A stretch of DNA of 35,141 bases from Conidiobolus incongruus B7586 (Eukaryota). A model generated the notes under the pieces. That model saw only the letters and a program-made list of their open reading frames with translations, made no database searches and had not been told where the DNA came from. A program made the position numbers and the translations under genes. Positions 1 through 12,079 of the stretch are shown here, piece after piece. Location: contig JNEM01010881.1 of the NCBI GenBank assembly GCA_000697335.1, positions 1 to 35,141 of the forward strand, given 5' to 3'. The first letter of the stretch is position 1. Every line of letters starts with the position of its first letter.

Positions 1-1894
1 ATATATTTCCTTATATATTATATATTATATATAATATATTTTCAAAAACTAACAATATATTATAAAATTATAAAATTAAAAAAATAAAAATTTATATTTA
101 TTATTTCTAATAATAGAAAAATAATCATTTTGGCTTATAATTAGTATATATTCAAAAATATTTACTTTTATTGATATTTAACATTATTATAGGAGTTTTA
201 TCATAATAGAAAAAATTCATTGGTTTTAGTAAATCAAAACCAATTTTTTGACCAATTATTATTTATAATTTATTTTAAGCAATTTTGGTGAATATTCAAA
301 ATATTTAATATTAATATCAGGTTATAATAAAAAATTAACAAAATGACTATTATATAAAAGAAATTAATTAATAATTATTATATATTTTAATTATATTATA
401 TATTTACCTATTTTATAAATCATTTTAATAAATTTCAATATTGAATAATACTCTTAAATAAAACATCAATTAATAATTAATTATTCTAATTAGTTTTCAA
501 TCAAATTATTTACTTAATATCAAAAAATAATTCCAAATTATATATTAGCAAATTATATATTATTTGAATAACATTCTATCAGATCTTCATATATTTCAAA
601 ATTCATAAAATATAATTTATAGTAGTTAATTATTTAGAAAATTGATTTAATTTTAAAAAAGATGATTTATTTTTTTCATCCTGATAAACCATTTAAAAAT
701 GGTAAAAAATAATATTATCATATTAAATATGAACTCTATAATTTGTATATAAAATTAAGATTATATCTATATTTTGTAATATATGGTTTCATATAAAACA
801 TCAAATTTTGTTAAATTTTAATAAAAAGTTTTATTTAAAAAATTATAATTATAATGAATAAATTATATCAATAGGTATTTAAATAATATAATCTTTATAA
901 CTTAAATATATATTTAGTAAACTATATTATAAAACTTAAAAATTTAATCAAAAAATTAATCCATTATTTATTATAAAAATTGATATTATAATTGAGTATT
1001 TCGATAGCTAAGCCATATCCATGATATTACTAGATATTACCATTATTCTTGATTCACTTAAATATTGCAAAGCCTCAATAGCTATCTATAATTCTTATCT
1101 CAATACTGATGAACTTTAATATTTTAGAAAATAAATCATAATATAAGAATTGCCTTGGGTATATAATTTTAATTAAGAGAATTATAATAAATGAACCTTT
1201 TTGCATTATAAATCCATCAATTACTTAAATCATTAAATTATTACTTACTAACTAATGATTAAATCAGGAATTAAGATGATACCAAATCTTTATAATATTT
1301 GATTAGTGACATTATGGATAATTAGAATTTATAAGCAATTTATAATTTAAATATTCCTATCTTTTGGTATATCAAGCAAGCACAATATCCAACTTTTTAC
1401 CCAATTTTTGACATTGAGTCCCAACTCATTGTTAATAATGATACTGAGGTAATAAGCTGAAATTTTTTTGAAATTTTAGTTCAAAAATAAATTATTGTGT
1501 AATAATAGAATTAGGTGAATTAATTGTCATCATATATCGCTATAAAGATTCGAATCTAATATATAAATAAATATGGAAAATCGTAATTCTAATTTTATAT
1601 CTTTTAACTTTTTCTAGATTAAAAAAATTTTTAATTTAGTAGATTAAGTATTTGTTAAATTGGAAAAGATAATAAAATTTTGAAAATTTCCTCAATAATG
1701 AAAAATATATAATATTTGGCAAGTTCCAAATATTTGGGTATAAAATAAAATCAATAAATTAAATTTTGATAAAAAATATAATTATTATGGTAAAGTATTT
1801 TCTTTGAAAATACTATGTTTCAAATTACAATCAATTTAAAAAATATTATTAGTATTGAATTTGTAAAATTTTAAATCATTAATTAGGTTTAGTT

Positions 1895-3630
1895 AAATAA
1901 ATATATAGTTCTTGTTAAGTCATTGATTTAATAGTTTGTAAAAATACATTGATTCATATAGCTACATTGTAATTGAATCAGGTAATGCAGGTTTAATGGT
2001 TGCTATTAAACTAACTAGACATGGAACCTCTGCATTGTGGATAGAAACTAGTTCTGTGTTAACACTTGGAACAAGCCAACTCCTCTTCTGACATCCAAAA
2101 GCAGGAAAGAATGATGATTTAAATTGGAATTTCAAAGCCGAATATTATGAAAGGAACTATCATAAACATCATAATATGCTTTACGCCAGAGGTTCAGCGA
2201 TGGGAAGTTTCCCTGCTTACAATGGTCTTGAAATCATATTTTTCAGAGAAAAAAAACTAAAAATAGTAGAGTTGGCAGGTAACAATAGCTGGGCCAAACC
2301 AATATTTAGAGATTATTACGAATCCATAAAACTAAACGATAAACCATTATCAACTAGTGAAGATAGGTGAAAATCACATATTAGCACAGATAATTCAAAA
2401 AAATTGCCAAAATAGGTCCTAATGACTTGTAACTTGGAGTAACAGTATCTCAAGCCATATTGAATGATGATAAAGGAAGGTATTTTTAATGAAATAGAGT
2501 TAGATAATGAATCCAATAGAAATAAACTTTTTAAATTATTCATTCCTGTGAAAATCGACATCAAAGCTCACTCCTTATGTTCGTCGCAGTGTTAGAATAC
2601 ATAAAACCTGAGTTATCCAATGGTTCAAAACTTTATCTCTAAATTGATACTTTAGCCATTAAAGTCATTTAAAAATATTGAGGCCAAGAGTGCGGATTTA
2701 ATGAGTGATAAGTGTTTGTATAGAGCTAGCCCCGTTACTAAATGAGAAAACAAATGATACCTAGAGAATGAAAAGATATTTACTTATAAGTCATTGTAAG
2801 TGGCACTTTCAACGTATCTCAGCAAATATGGCTCAATGGAATCGGCTATTCTCAACATTTAATAGAAAAGGACATTGAAACTAAAGTTAATCTTGCAGAA
2901 TCTGAAATAAAGTTCTATAAGATCATATTGAGGTATCTAAGGCTCTTGAACTCAGCGCTTAAAAGGTATTTTTCGAAAACTATCACTTTACATTCAACGA
3001 TAATGAGGAATATTTTCAATAATACAAGACTGGCAAAGGTGCATATATCCACAGTGGTGCTTTCTATGGCGCAATATTTAACACTAACTCCGAATTGGAC
3101 TACGATGATATTTGGTACTAGGTTTATTGATCAAGTTCATTGGATTTTTCTAAGGAGTTTCAGAAAAGTTTTGAAGTAACTTGTATCTCGCATTGTTCTC
3201 AGTTCACGTTCTATTATGAACGTCTGTGTCAAACTAAAATCATACGACCCACAAGATGACCCGTACATCAATTTCTGATATTGTGAAGCGAAAGGAGTTG
3301 GGCAAGGTCTGAATAAGATATTATGGGGTGTTAAGGAGATTTTGAACTCCGTTGTTAAAGAAATCATCCTAGAACCTCATCAGCAAACTGATGATGAATA
3401 AAAATTCTTCATTAAAGATAATTTAATCAGTTACAATGCTTGCTACACCATTGAGATTGGTAAGAATGATGATTCTATGACAGTGCTTGATAAAGATCTT
3501 ATAACTATAGGTGTGAAGGATTTGTGAGTTGCTGATTTGTCAGCAGCTCCTTATATTGTTGCAGATTTTCTACTCTAATGATTATATACTTGATTTGAAA
3601 TGTATTCATTCTATTCTCGACAGTTAGAGG
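1895..3630 (+). pseudogene. GMC oxidoreductase (glucose-methanol-choline family) pseudogene, copy 1
   Basis: Hand translation gives a degenerate ADP-binding motif YIVIESGNAGLMVAIKL (~1963-2013), MLYARGS (2176), VIVSGTFNVSQQIWLNGIG (~2790-2846) and C-terminal VLDKDLITIGVKDL*VADLS (~3483-3542). It has many stops and frameshifts and is colinear with the copy at 12.1-13.9 kb. Boundaries approximate. Confidence 0.88.
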
Positions 3631-4975
3631 TTATTATATAATGAAACTTTTATATATAAGTTTTAAAATCCCACACCTCATAGCAGCCCAAACTATATTA
3701 AAATAATATATGTTTGTATTTTACCGATTTTACAAATTTATTTGCTATGATCTGTAGTTGGAATTTATGTTAAATGTTTGATCAGTAACTTATTGCAGAA
3801 TGAATTGATCAATTTTAGTTGATTGATATCATCAAATAAAAAATAAATATCAAGGAAAAAATAACCCTTGTCATAAAAAAGCAAAATACAATAGGAATTG
3901 CCTTGGAAATTCAAGATATTGAATTTATATTTAAAATACAAATTATATTGAAATTATATTTGATATTTCATTAAGTCAATATTTCATTGTAAAAATTTAT
4001 CAAATAACAGAATTAGTTTCCACATCTGTTCAAATAAAATCTCTTATTTTATTGATAACTCTGTCATCAAAATGATAGTAAATTTTTGTGTTTCACAGAT
4101 CTTGTCATATAATATCAGAACTTGATTTTCTCACCATTTTTTGAATATACTGATGATAAAAATATAACCCTATTATTAAAATGGACCAATATATCATATA
4201 ACGGTATTTTTTTTCAGTTTTATCCTCTCAATATATACCATATAATTATAAAAACAGTTTTATTAATTCCCTTAAATGCAATATTTATTTTAATAATTAG
4301 CATCCGAATGCCAATTTATGCCTCTCTTTGCCAGGTATTAAATTGATTGATTAATATTAACTAATCAGCCAATCAAACAAAGAATTGTTGAATATAAGAA
4401 AAGGACATATCATCAGTCAAGTTTATTGAATATCAATATAAAGAAGACAATTGGACTTCTAACTCGAATTCCATTTTATATTTTTCGTTGAATCTGAAAA
4501 ATTTGTTAATAAATGTAAATACCCGAATAATAATCACTCATATAACCCAGATATTGATACCCATTCAAAATATTTCAAAGCATTATAATATACATTTTTT
4601 CAATTTCTAATTTTCAAAAATTTTTAAACTTTAACAAATTGAATAAAAATTTAATTCTGGTAATGATTAAAATGAAAAATATTGGAATATAATAATTACA
4701 TATTTGATCAGAAATAATAATTCAAAATATTTTATATTATTAAGAAATTAACTGTTAATTAACTATATTTGGAATTATATTGTTAATTGTATTCTACAAG
4801 AATAGATATTCTAAATATTTGAAAAATTAATAATAAAATATAATTCAGTTTCAATTTATTAGGGCAGAAATCAAATAATGGCATAATTTTAAAATTAAAA
4901 TTAAACAAAAATATGAATAAATAATTTATAAAAATTAATTGATAATATATAAAAATTAATAAATAATATAAAATT

Positions 4976-5371
4976 TGTAAGCATAATGGTAGTTAAACCA
5001 ATATAATACAAAGGAAGACTTAATATAAAAGTAATGTGGTGCAGAATATGGTAATATAATGTGGTTGTAGTATGCAAGTATAAACAAAGTTTAATTAAGC
5101 TTCAAACTAGGATGAGTCACTGATATATTAAGATTTATATTAGGTAGTGCCAATATACTATAATACTAATAGAAAGTAGTCTTAATTTTAGAAGTAATAT
5201 AAAAGCAAAAAATAATAAGAATTAAGAGGGAAAAAAACTTAGTTTATTAGATAATTCAATGCTATTTATATAATTAATTTAACTATATAAGTATAAATTA
5301 ATTATATAATTTATAGTTAATTGAATTATATTAAAGTATATATAAGAATTTAAAGAATTAGTCTCTTAATA
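4976..5371 (-). repeat. 3' LTR of the Ty3/Gypsy element
   Basis: Starts TGTAAG and ends TTAATA (probably CA>TA). Aligns almost without gaps to 10278-10675. Confidence 0.93.
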
Positions 5372-5390
5372 CTCCCTTAGTAGGTTTCTT
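5372..5390 (-). other. Polypurine tract (PPT) remnant
   Basis: Plus-strand CTCCCTT directly abuts the LTR, reading AAGGGAG just before the 3' LTR on the minus strand. Confidence 0.6.
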
Positions 5391-5419
5391 AAAGAAGACA
5401 CACTCCTTATATTTTTGCA

Positions 5420-8400
5420 AATAAGTATAATAAGCTAAAATATTCTTAATATTTTCTAGGGGTTTTTATATAGCTTCTTCAATAAGATAACCTATCCATT
5501 TTATATAAAAATAAAACTTATTCCTAATAGGTTTAAATTTAATTATATAATCAATATAGTATTCTTCTTCTATATTTTAATTAATAATTAGATTTAGTTT
5601 TGGGGCTTTTAATTAATTAAAAAAAGTGTTAAAATCTTCAAAATATAGTTTAATTTTGGATATGTGAAAGGTAAAGTTGATCCTCAAAGTTAGAGGTAAT
5701 TCCAAGATAATATTTTTAAAATTTGAATCAATAGATTAAATTTTATAAGGATTATAATATATTAATAAGAATTTTAGATTTAAGCTAGATTTAAATAAGG
5801 TAGGTTTAAGGGTAGATTGTTCTAAGTATATAAACATATTAATTTCATATTTAAGAGGATTTCTAGATAACTTTAAATATTGTTTTTCTATGATCTTTTA
5901 ATTTTCTTTTAAGTTAAATTTAACTTGGGAATTAATATGCTTAATATTAGATTAAAGTTCAAAAATATCCAAAGGTAAGTAGATTTGAAATTTTAAAGCA
6001 ATTATTAAATTAGGATATTTGCTATAATTGATAAAATAAAAGCTAAAAACTGTTAATTTATTTGATAAAGGTATTGAATAAATATTAAAGTTAATAGATA
6101 TAGATATCCTAATTTAACTAATTAGTGTTAATATAAGCTTTAATTATTTGCTTTAAGTTTTTAATAATTTGTTTAACAAGTTTATTAGTTTAATGATAAT
6201 TAGTAGTAGACATAGTTAGATTAATCTTAAAGGAAAAAAATAGTAACTTCTAAAATTAAGAGTTGAATTACACATCTTTATTAAATATAATAGTTTGTAA
6301 AATTCTATAGTAGGTAACAATATTAGAGAATAATAATTATGCAATATCTTTAATTATAGAAGTTTTGAAACAAAGAATAATATAAGAATATTTGGAAAAT
6401 AAATCAATTACAATTAATAAGTTATTAAAACTATTTGTTGATTTAAAGATTTCTATGAAATTAAGCTAGATTTGTTGTTAAATTTCATTAGGGACTTATA
6501 AAGGAATAAGTCTGTTATATTCTAATTGAGTGTTATATTTAATTCTTTAGTATATATTATAAGTATTAGTGTATTTCTAAACTAATTTAACTAGGGAAAG
6601 TTAATAATACTTTATTTTAATTCTCTCAGCAGTTTTTAACTAGTTTTAATGTCCTCTAACAAATATATTATGATATTAATTAAATGTTATTTATTAAATC
6701 TTAGGAATAACAGGAACATATAGACAATTATTATAATATAATAGGTTATTAATAATTTTAAATCTTTTGACATATTTTAATTAGTTTTCTAATGGTTTAA
6801 AAATTTCTTCTTTAACTAAAATAAAAAAAACATTATTTAATAGTGTTTTTTAAAGTAATTTATTAAAATCTTTATTTCCTTCATTAATTATTATTGAGTT
6901 AATATTTGCTAGGTTTTTATAATTAGAATAAAAACATAAGTATGTAAGATTTCTTAATAAAGTATCTACAACATAATTCTATTAACCTAAAAAATATTAA
7001 ATAAAGAAAAAATAAGCTTAGATAATTTTAATCTATTTAACTTATTTTCTTAATAAATACTTCTGAGTATTTAAATAGATAAGTGATTTGTGATTTATAA
7101 GTGTTAGTAAAAAGTTACAAGATAAGAAATATAAGTGTTTTTTGATTATTTCTATTAAATCAAAGAGTTTTTATTTATAAACTATATATTTTAATTCAGC
7201 TAGTTTTATTTTTCTTAACCAGAATGTTATTGGTTTTAAGGTAATATTTGTAGGGTTAAATTTAACTTATTATCCCTTATTTATTATTTTATCTTATAGT
7301 TAAAAGGTAAAATATTAATTAAATTTAAACTAAGCTAACTATTTACCAATTATAAAAAAACTAAAGTTAATAAAAATAATAGTAGGTAGTTTTAAATTCA
7401 AGATAAATAAGTAAAAGCTTTAGTAATAAAAAAAATTAAAGCATTTATATAAAAAGTATATAGTATAGTTTATTCAAAAGAAGAGTCTTTTATTAAGAGA
7501 TTAATAAGAAGAGTAATAAATTCAACAAAAGAATCAATGAAATCTTTAAAGTAATTTAATAATTTAAATATAAACATAAGTTAATCTTTGTTTATAAATA
7601 TAGTAAAAGCTTTAACACCATTGAGTTTAGTTAAATTAATATTAATTATTTCAAAGGAAACAATATAACCATAAAAAAAGATAGAAAAGGCACTAAAGAT
7701 ATATTTTAATAGTTTCAAAAGTAATTTATATTCTTGAATAATTTATAAAACTTAATTAACATGTTAAATATATTCTTTTTTAGTCTTTAAATAGATTAAG
7801 ATATTATCAAGGTAAGTAATAATAAAATTATTAAAAACAAGATCAAAAAGGGAATTGATGAATTAAATAAAAGTTATAAGGGTATTACACAATCTAAAGT
7901 CTATAATAGTAAATTTATAATAACTTAAAAGAGTGTTGAAAATAATTAAATTGATAGAATTTTCTTTAACTCTAATGTTATAGTATTTATTTTTTATATT
8001 TAGTTTAGTATATATAGTTAGTCTAAGTAATTTATCTTTAACATCATATAAGTTTAGTAATAAACTTTTATCCTTGATAGTTTTAGAGTTTAAAACATAG
8101 TTATTAAACTATAGTCTCTAACCACCATCAGTTATTTATATAAAGAGAATTAAAAATCTTTATGATAAAGAAATAAGTTTAATATACCTATTTTTAAGTG
8201 GTTTTTAGATTTCTTCTTTTAAAGTTTGATATTATTTAAAAAATAAATAGTAAGTAAATTTTAAGTATATTTGTATATTAGGAAGTAGTTTAATTTTGTG
8301 TTTAATATTTTATTTAGGAGGTAATCTATCTATAAATTCAAAAACATTAGTAAATTAACTTAATATATTATATAAGAAATGGTCATTAGATATAATTTTA

Positions 8401-8900
8401 TTGAAAATAACAAATAAAGTACTATTAGATAAATAATAAACAAATACATATCCCTATAAGTTATTAATACTATTAATTAATTTTTTATATTAATTTTTGT
8501 TTATAATAATAAAATTATTTTCTATAATTGTAGAGTTAGTATTAAATATAATATTTAATAGTTTTATAATAGGATAATATAAATCTTTTAAGATTAGTTC
8601 TATTAATTTCTTTTGGAATATAAAAGAAATAGATTTGTAACCTTCTAGGGTAATATTTATAGATATAAAACTGTGATATTTAAACTAATTTTAACCTTAT
8701 ATAAAATTGTAACTAATGTTACCAACTAAGAATTTAATATATTAAGAGTAATTAGGAGATAATAATAGGTATTTAAATATAGTACCAGATGCTTATTCTA
8801 TTAAGTTATTAGCATATTTAATTATTAAATTACTTTTTTAGGTAGGTAAAAATAGTTTTGTAATAATAAAAAAAGAGATAATATAACTAAAATAACTAAT
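5420..8900 (-). pseudogene. pol: Degenerate pol polyprotein (RT-RNaseH-integrase-chromodomain)
   Basis: Minus-strand translations. RT: ITYLDNILIY (7791-7820, from YLDDILIY) and FNTLLSYYKFTIIDFRLCNT (~7880-7942, from FNTPLGHYEFTVMDFGLCNA). Integrase: TIIFNKDV*FNS (~6260-6295, from ISDRD.QF) and MSTTNYH*TNKLVK (~6174-6212, from STAxHxQTDGxxE). Also RINFTFHISKIKLY (~5643-5684) and chromodomain FYIKWIGYLIEEAI*KPLENI (~5448-5510). Boundaries approximate. Confidence 0.9.
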
Positions 8901-10264
8901 ATTAATTAAAACACTAATAGGTATATCTATAAAAGAAATAATTAATATTTACAATAAAGTGATACTTAAAGGTAAAAAATTATAAGATAAATTAATTACT
9001 AGAATATTTTTAGTTTTTAATAATTTAATTAGTTAGATTTTCCTACTATATATAATTTAATTTGTAAAATTATTAGTCTATTAGAATTTTTGTGGATTAG
9101 ATTAAAACTTGCTAATTAATTATAAGAGGAGTGATTTTAAGGTTATATTAATATTATCCAGGTTTGATTTATGATTAATAAGATTATTGAGAATTAAGTA
9201 GATGTTATTTCCTTAAAGGATATTTATCAACTTTATAGATAACTTAAGTTTTTTAACAATAGTAGTAAATTTTATTTGTTTTTAAGTAAGTTTTAACTTC
9301 TTACTAAAGGTTTTCTTATAAAGTTTTAAAATAAAAGCATCTATTATTTAAAACTTAAATAGGTTAGAATAAGTTTTAACAGATTAATTCTTAAGGTAAA
9401 AAGATTCAATTATAGAATAAAAGATATCATCAATTTAATTGCTATATCACAAATATTAAAAAAACATATTATTAAAGTATTCTCTATTAACTAATTAAAA
9501 CTTCACTTAAAGATTAAAGCATTGTAATAGTTTGTAGATTTATTCTTCTTCAGTGATATTTAATATATTTAACTATATCTCATTAAATTTTTTATCAATT
9601 ATTTTGTAGATGTTTTTTATTTAAGTTAAGAAAGCTTTTCTCTTGTTAATTAAACTTAATTATTTGGGTTATACCTCTTTTTAAGGGTTTTTTCAAATTG
9701 TTTAAAAGTTTATATCTTTATAGTAAGTTATCCTCTTAAAGATTTTTTAAAATTAAGCTTGTAATAAGTTAATTACTTAGTATAAGTAAATTTTTCCAAA
9801 AAAGAAATGGTTAATTTAAGGATATTCTTTAAATCTTCATTAAAGATTAAATCAAGATAATTCTTTATTTTTTTAAAATAGTTTTCAAGCTTATAAAAGT
9901 TTTTAAAACTATTATAAATAGTTAATTTATTATTAAAGACATTAAAGAGGTGGTTTAATATATTAACTATAGTGAAATAACTAGTTTGTTGAATTTAAGC
10001 TCTTTAAGACATATTTTTTTCAATTAAAATTATTTAATATAAGTTTCTTGAAGGGTAATAAACTTTTAAAAATTAAAGTCTTGGATTTATTTAGTAATTA
10101 AGCTACTATTATCATTAAAATAATATGAGGGTATCTTTTTTTTAATGGTATTATAGTATATAGTGTTAAATTTAAATAAAATAAATTATAGATAAGATTT
10201 AAAATAATAATAAATAAATTTAATATAGATAGTTATTAATTTCTAATAAGTTTTTAATAATTTT

Positions 10265-10277
10265 CTTACTGTTACTA
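10265..10277 (-). other. Putative primer-binding site (initiator tRNA-Met-like), G>A mutated
   Basis: The minus strand reads TAGTAACAGTAAG immediately after the 5' LTR. Reverting G>A gives TGGTAGCAG.., complementary to a tRNA-iMet 3' end. The ancestral state is inferred. Confidence 0.5.
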
Positions 10278-10675
10278 TATAAGTATAGTGGTAGTTAAAC
10301 TAATATAGTATAGAGGAAGACTTATTATAAAAATAGTGTAGTATAAAACATAGTAATATAATATGATTATAGTGTACAAATATAAACAAAGTTTAATTAA
10401 GCTTCAAATTAAGATAAGTTACTGATATATTAAGATTTATATTAGATAGTGTTAATATACTATAATATTGATAAAAAGTAGTCTTAATCTTAAAAGTAAT
10501 AGAAAAGTAAAAAATAATAAAAATTAAAAGGGAAAAAAGAACTCAGTTTACTAAATAATTCAATGTTATTTATTCAATTAATTTAACTATATAAGTATAA
10601 ATTAATCATATAATTTATAGTTGATTGAATTATATGAAAATATATATAAAAGTTTAAAAAACTAGTTTCTTAATA
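10278..10675 (-). repeat. 5' LTR of the Ty3/Gypsy element
   Basis: Direct repeat of 4976-5371. Starts TATAAG where the other LTR has TGTAAG, and is followed by TSD AAATT. Confidence 0.93.
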
Positions 10676-12079
10676 AAATTAATAGTTTCTTTTATTATTA
10701 ATAACTTTTTTTTATATTTTTAATTAGCTTTTAATACTCAAAAAAAATTTTTTTATTAAAGACTAAAATTTAATGTTTTTATAAATTAATTTAATTTATT
10801 TATAAGAATTTTTTTCCTGTAAGCTATGTTTTTGATTATTTAAAATATTTATAATAATATAGGTTATAATAAAATGAATATATTAGATATAGTAACTATC
10901 TCTAGTTTTTTTATATAAAAAATCTTTTATAGCTTTAACTTTATATTTTCATAATTATTACATAAAATTAATAATATTTTTAATTTATTTTAAGAATATC
11001 ATTTAAAAATTATTTTATTTAAAAAAACAATATATAATTTACTAATAATTAATTTTCCTAGAGGTATTAAATAAAAAAATCATATAATATTATAATCTAT
11101 TATAACAATTAATATTTGCTTATATTAATAATATTTATTCATTGGAATTTATAAAAGGGATTAATTTAACTTAACTTAATATCTTGTTTTATTTTTAATT
11201 AAAGGATTATATAAATAAATTTAAGATTTATTAATTATAAGTATTTATTGTAAAAACTTTTGTTTTTAGTTATAACTTATTAAGTTTAATCTAGCTATAG
11301 CTACTTTAATTTTTTTTTAGGCTTTTATTAAATTATATGAATTCTATTTTATATTTTTATTAATTAAACTAAGTTTAAACTTAAGTATATATAACATGCC
11401 TATATAATTAATATTAAATTGTTTTAATAGTTTTCTAATAAAAATAAAAAGTTATTTTTTAATATATTTTTTTAATTTAATTATAAGTAAAAAAGTAATA
11501 GTAAAAATAAGTTTTTTAAATTTTAGTAAATTTTGAATAATGTCCCTTCTAGCATTAAAATTGCAAATCTAACAATAAATAGTAATTTTAGATAAAGCAT
11601 TATCTCTATAAGCTATTTACAAGTTTCACATAATTTTAAAGGGTTTATGGTTAAGTTTTAAAGATACAAAAATAAAAGCCTTTTGATAATCATTAACTAA
11701 TTTAAACATCATTAAATTTAAGTGTAAATTTTAAAATCAAAATATTTTAATAAAATAATCATTAAAATTGAATATATATTGTTTGAAAATATTTGTTTTC
11801 CTATATATTTTATATACAAAAAATCTATTAAAATATATAATATGTTTGAAAGATCAAAAATTAAAAAATTTGCCATTTCTTAATTTCCATACTAATAATA
11901 TCAAATAAAATTATTAAAATTTAAAAGACTGGTATTAAGTTAAAATATATACATTATTTAATATCTGATTACAAAATGAATACCATGTATATATCTCTAA
12001 TGATCTAAATCAATATGAGGTAAAATCTAATGCTATTTTTAATAATTAATATTGAACTGAAATAAAGTATAAATTAATT

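Larger units (their letters stand above)
4976..10675 (-). mobile_element. Full-length Ty3/Gypsy LTR retrotransposon with chromodomain (chromovirus), inactivated by hypermutation
   Basis: Two ~397-bp direct LTRs and a 5-bp TSD AAATT (4971-75, 10676-80). Minus-strand RT, integrase and chromodomain motif remnants occur in Gypsy order, with PPT- and PBS-like sites next to the LTRs. Confidence 0.95.
4859..11895 (+). mobile_element. ~1.3-kb non-autonomous TIR (MITE-like) element, copy A, split by a Ty3/Gypsy insertion
   Basis: 4859-4975 joined to 10681-11895 aligns end to end with 29289-30599. Termini TTAGGGCAGAAATCAAATAATGGCA / TGCCATTTCTTAATTTCCATACTAA are imperfect inverted repeats, each flanked by TA (4857-58, 11896-97). 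Confidence 0.85.

Noticed and set aside
1..112. Possible right end of a fifth 1.3-kb TIR element copy (ends CTAA-TA)
   Set aside because: The similarity is almost all A/T and truncated by the window edge, so it cannot be told apart from chance.
2316..3367. ORFs 2316-2564(-), 2928-3179(+) and 3137-3367(-)
   Set aside because: Antisense or off-frame shadows of the GMC pseudogene.
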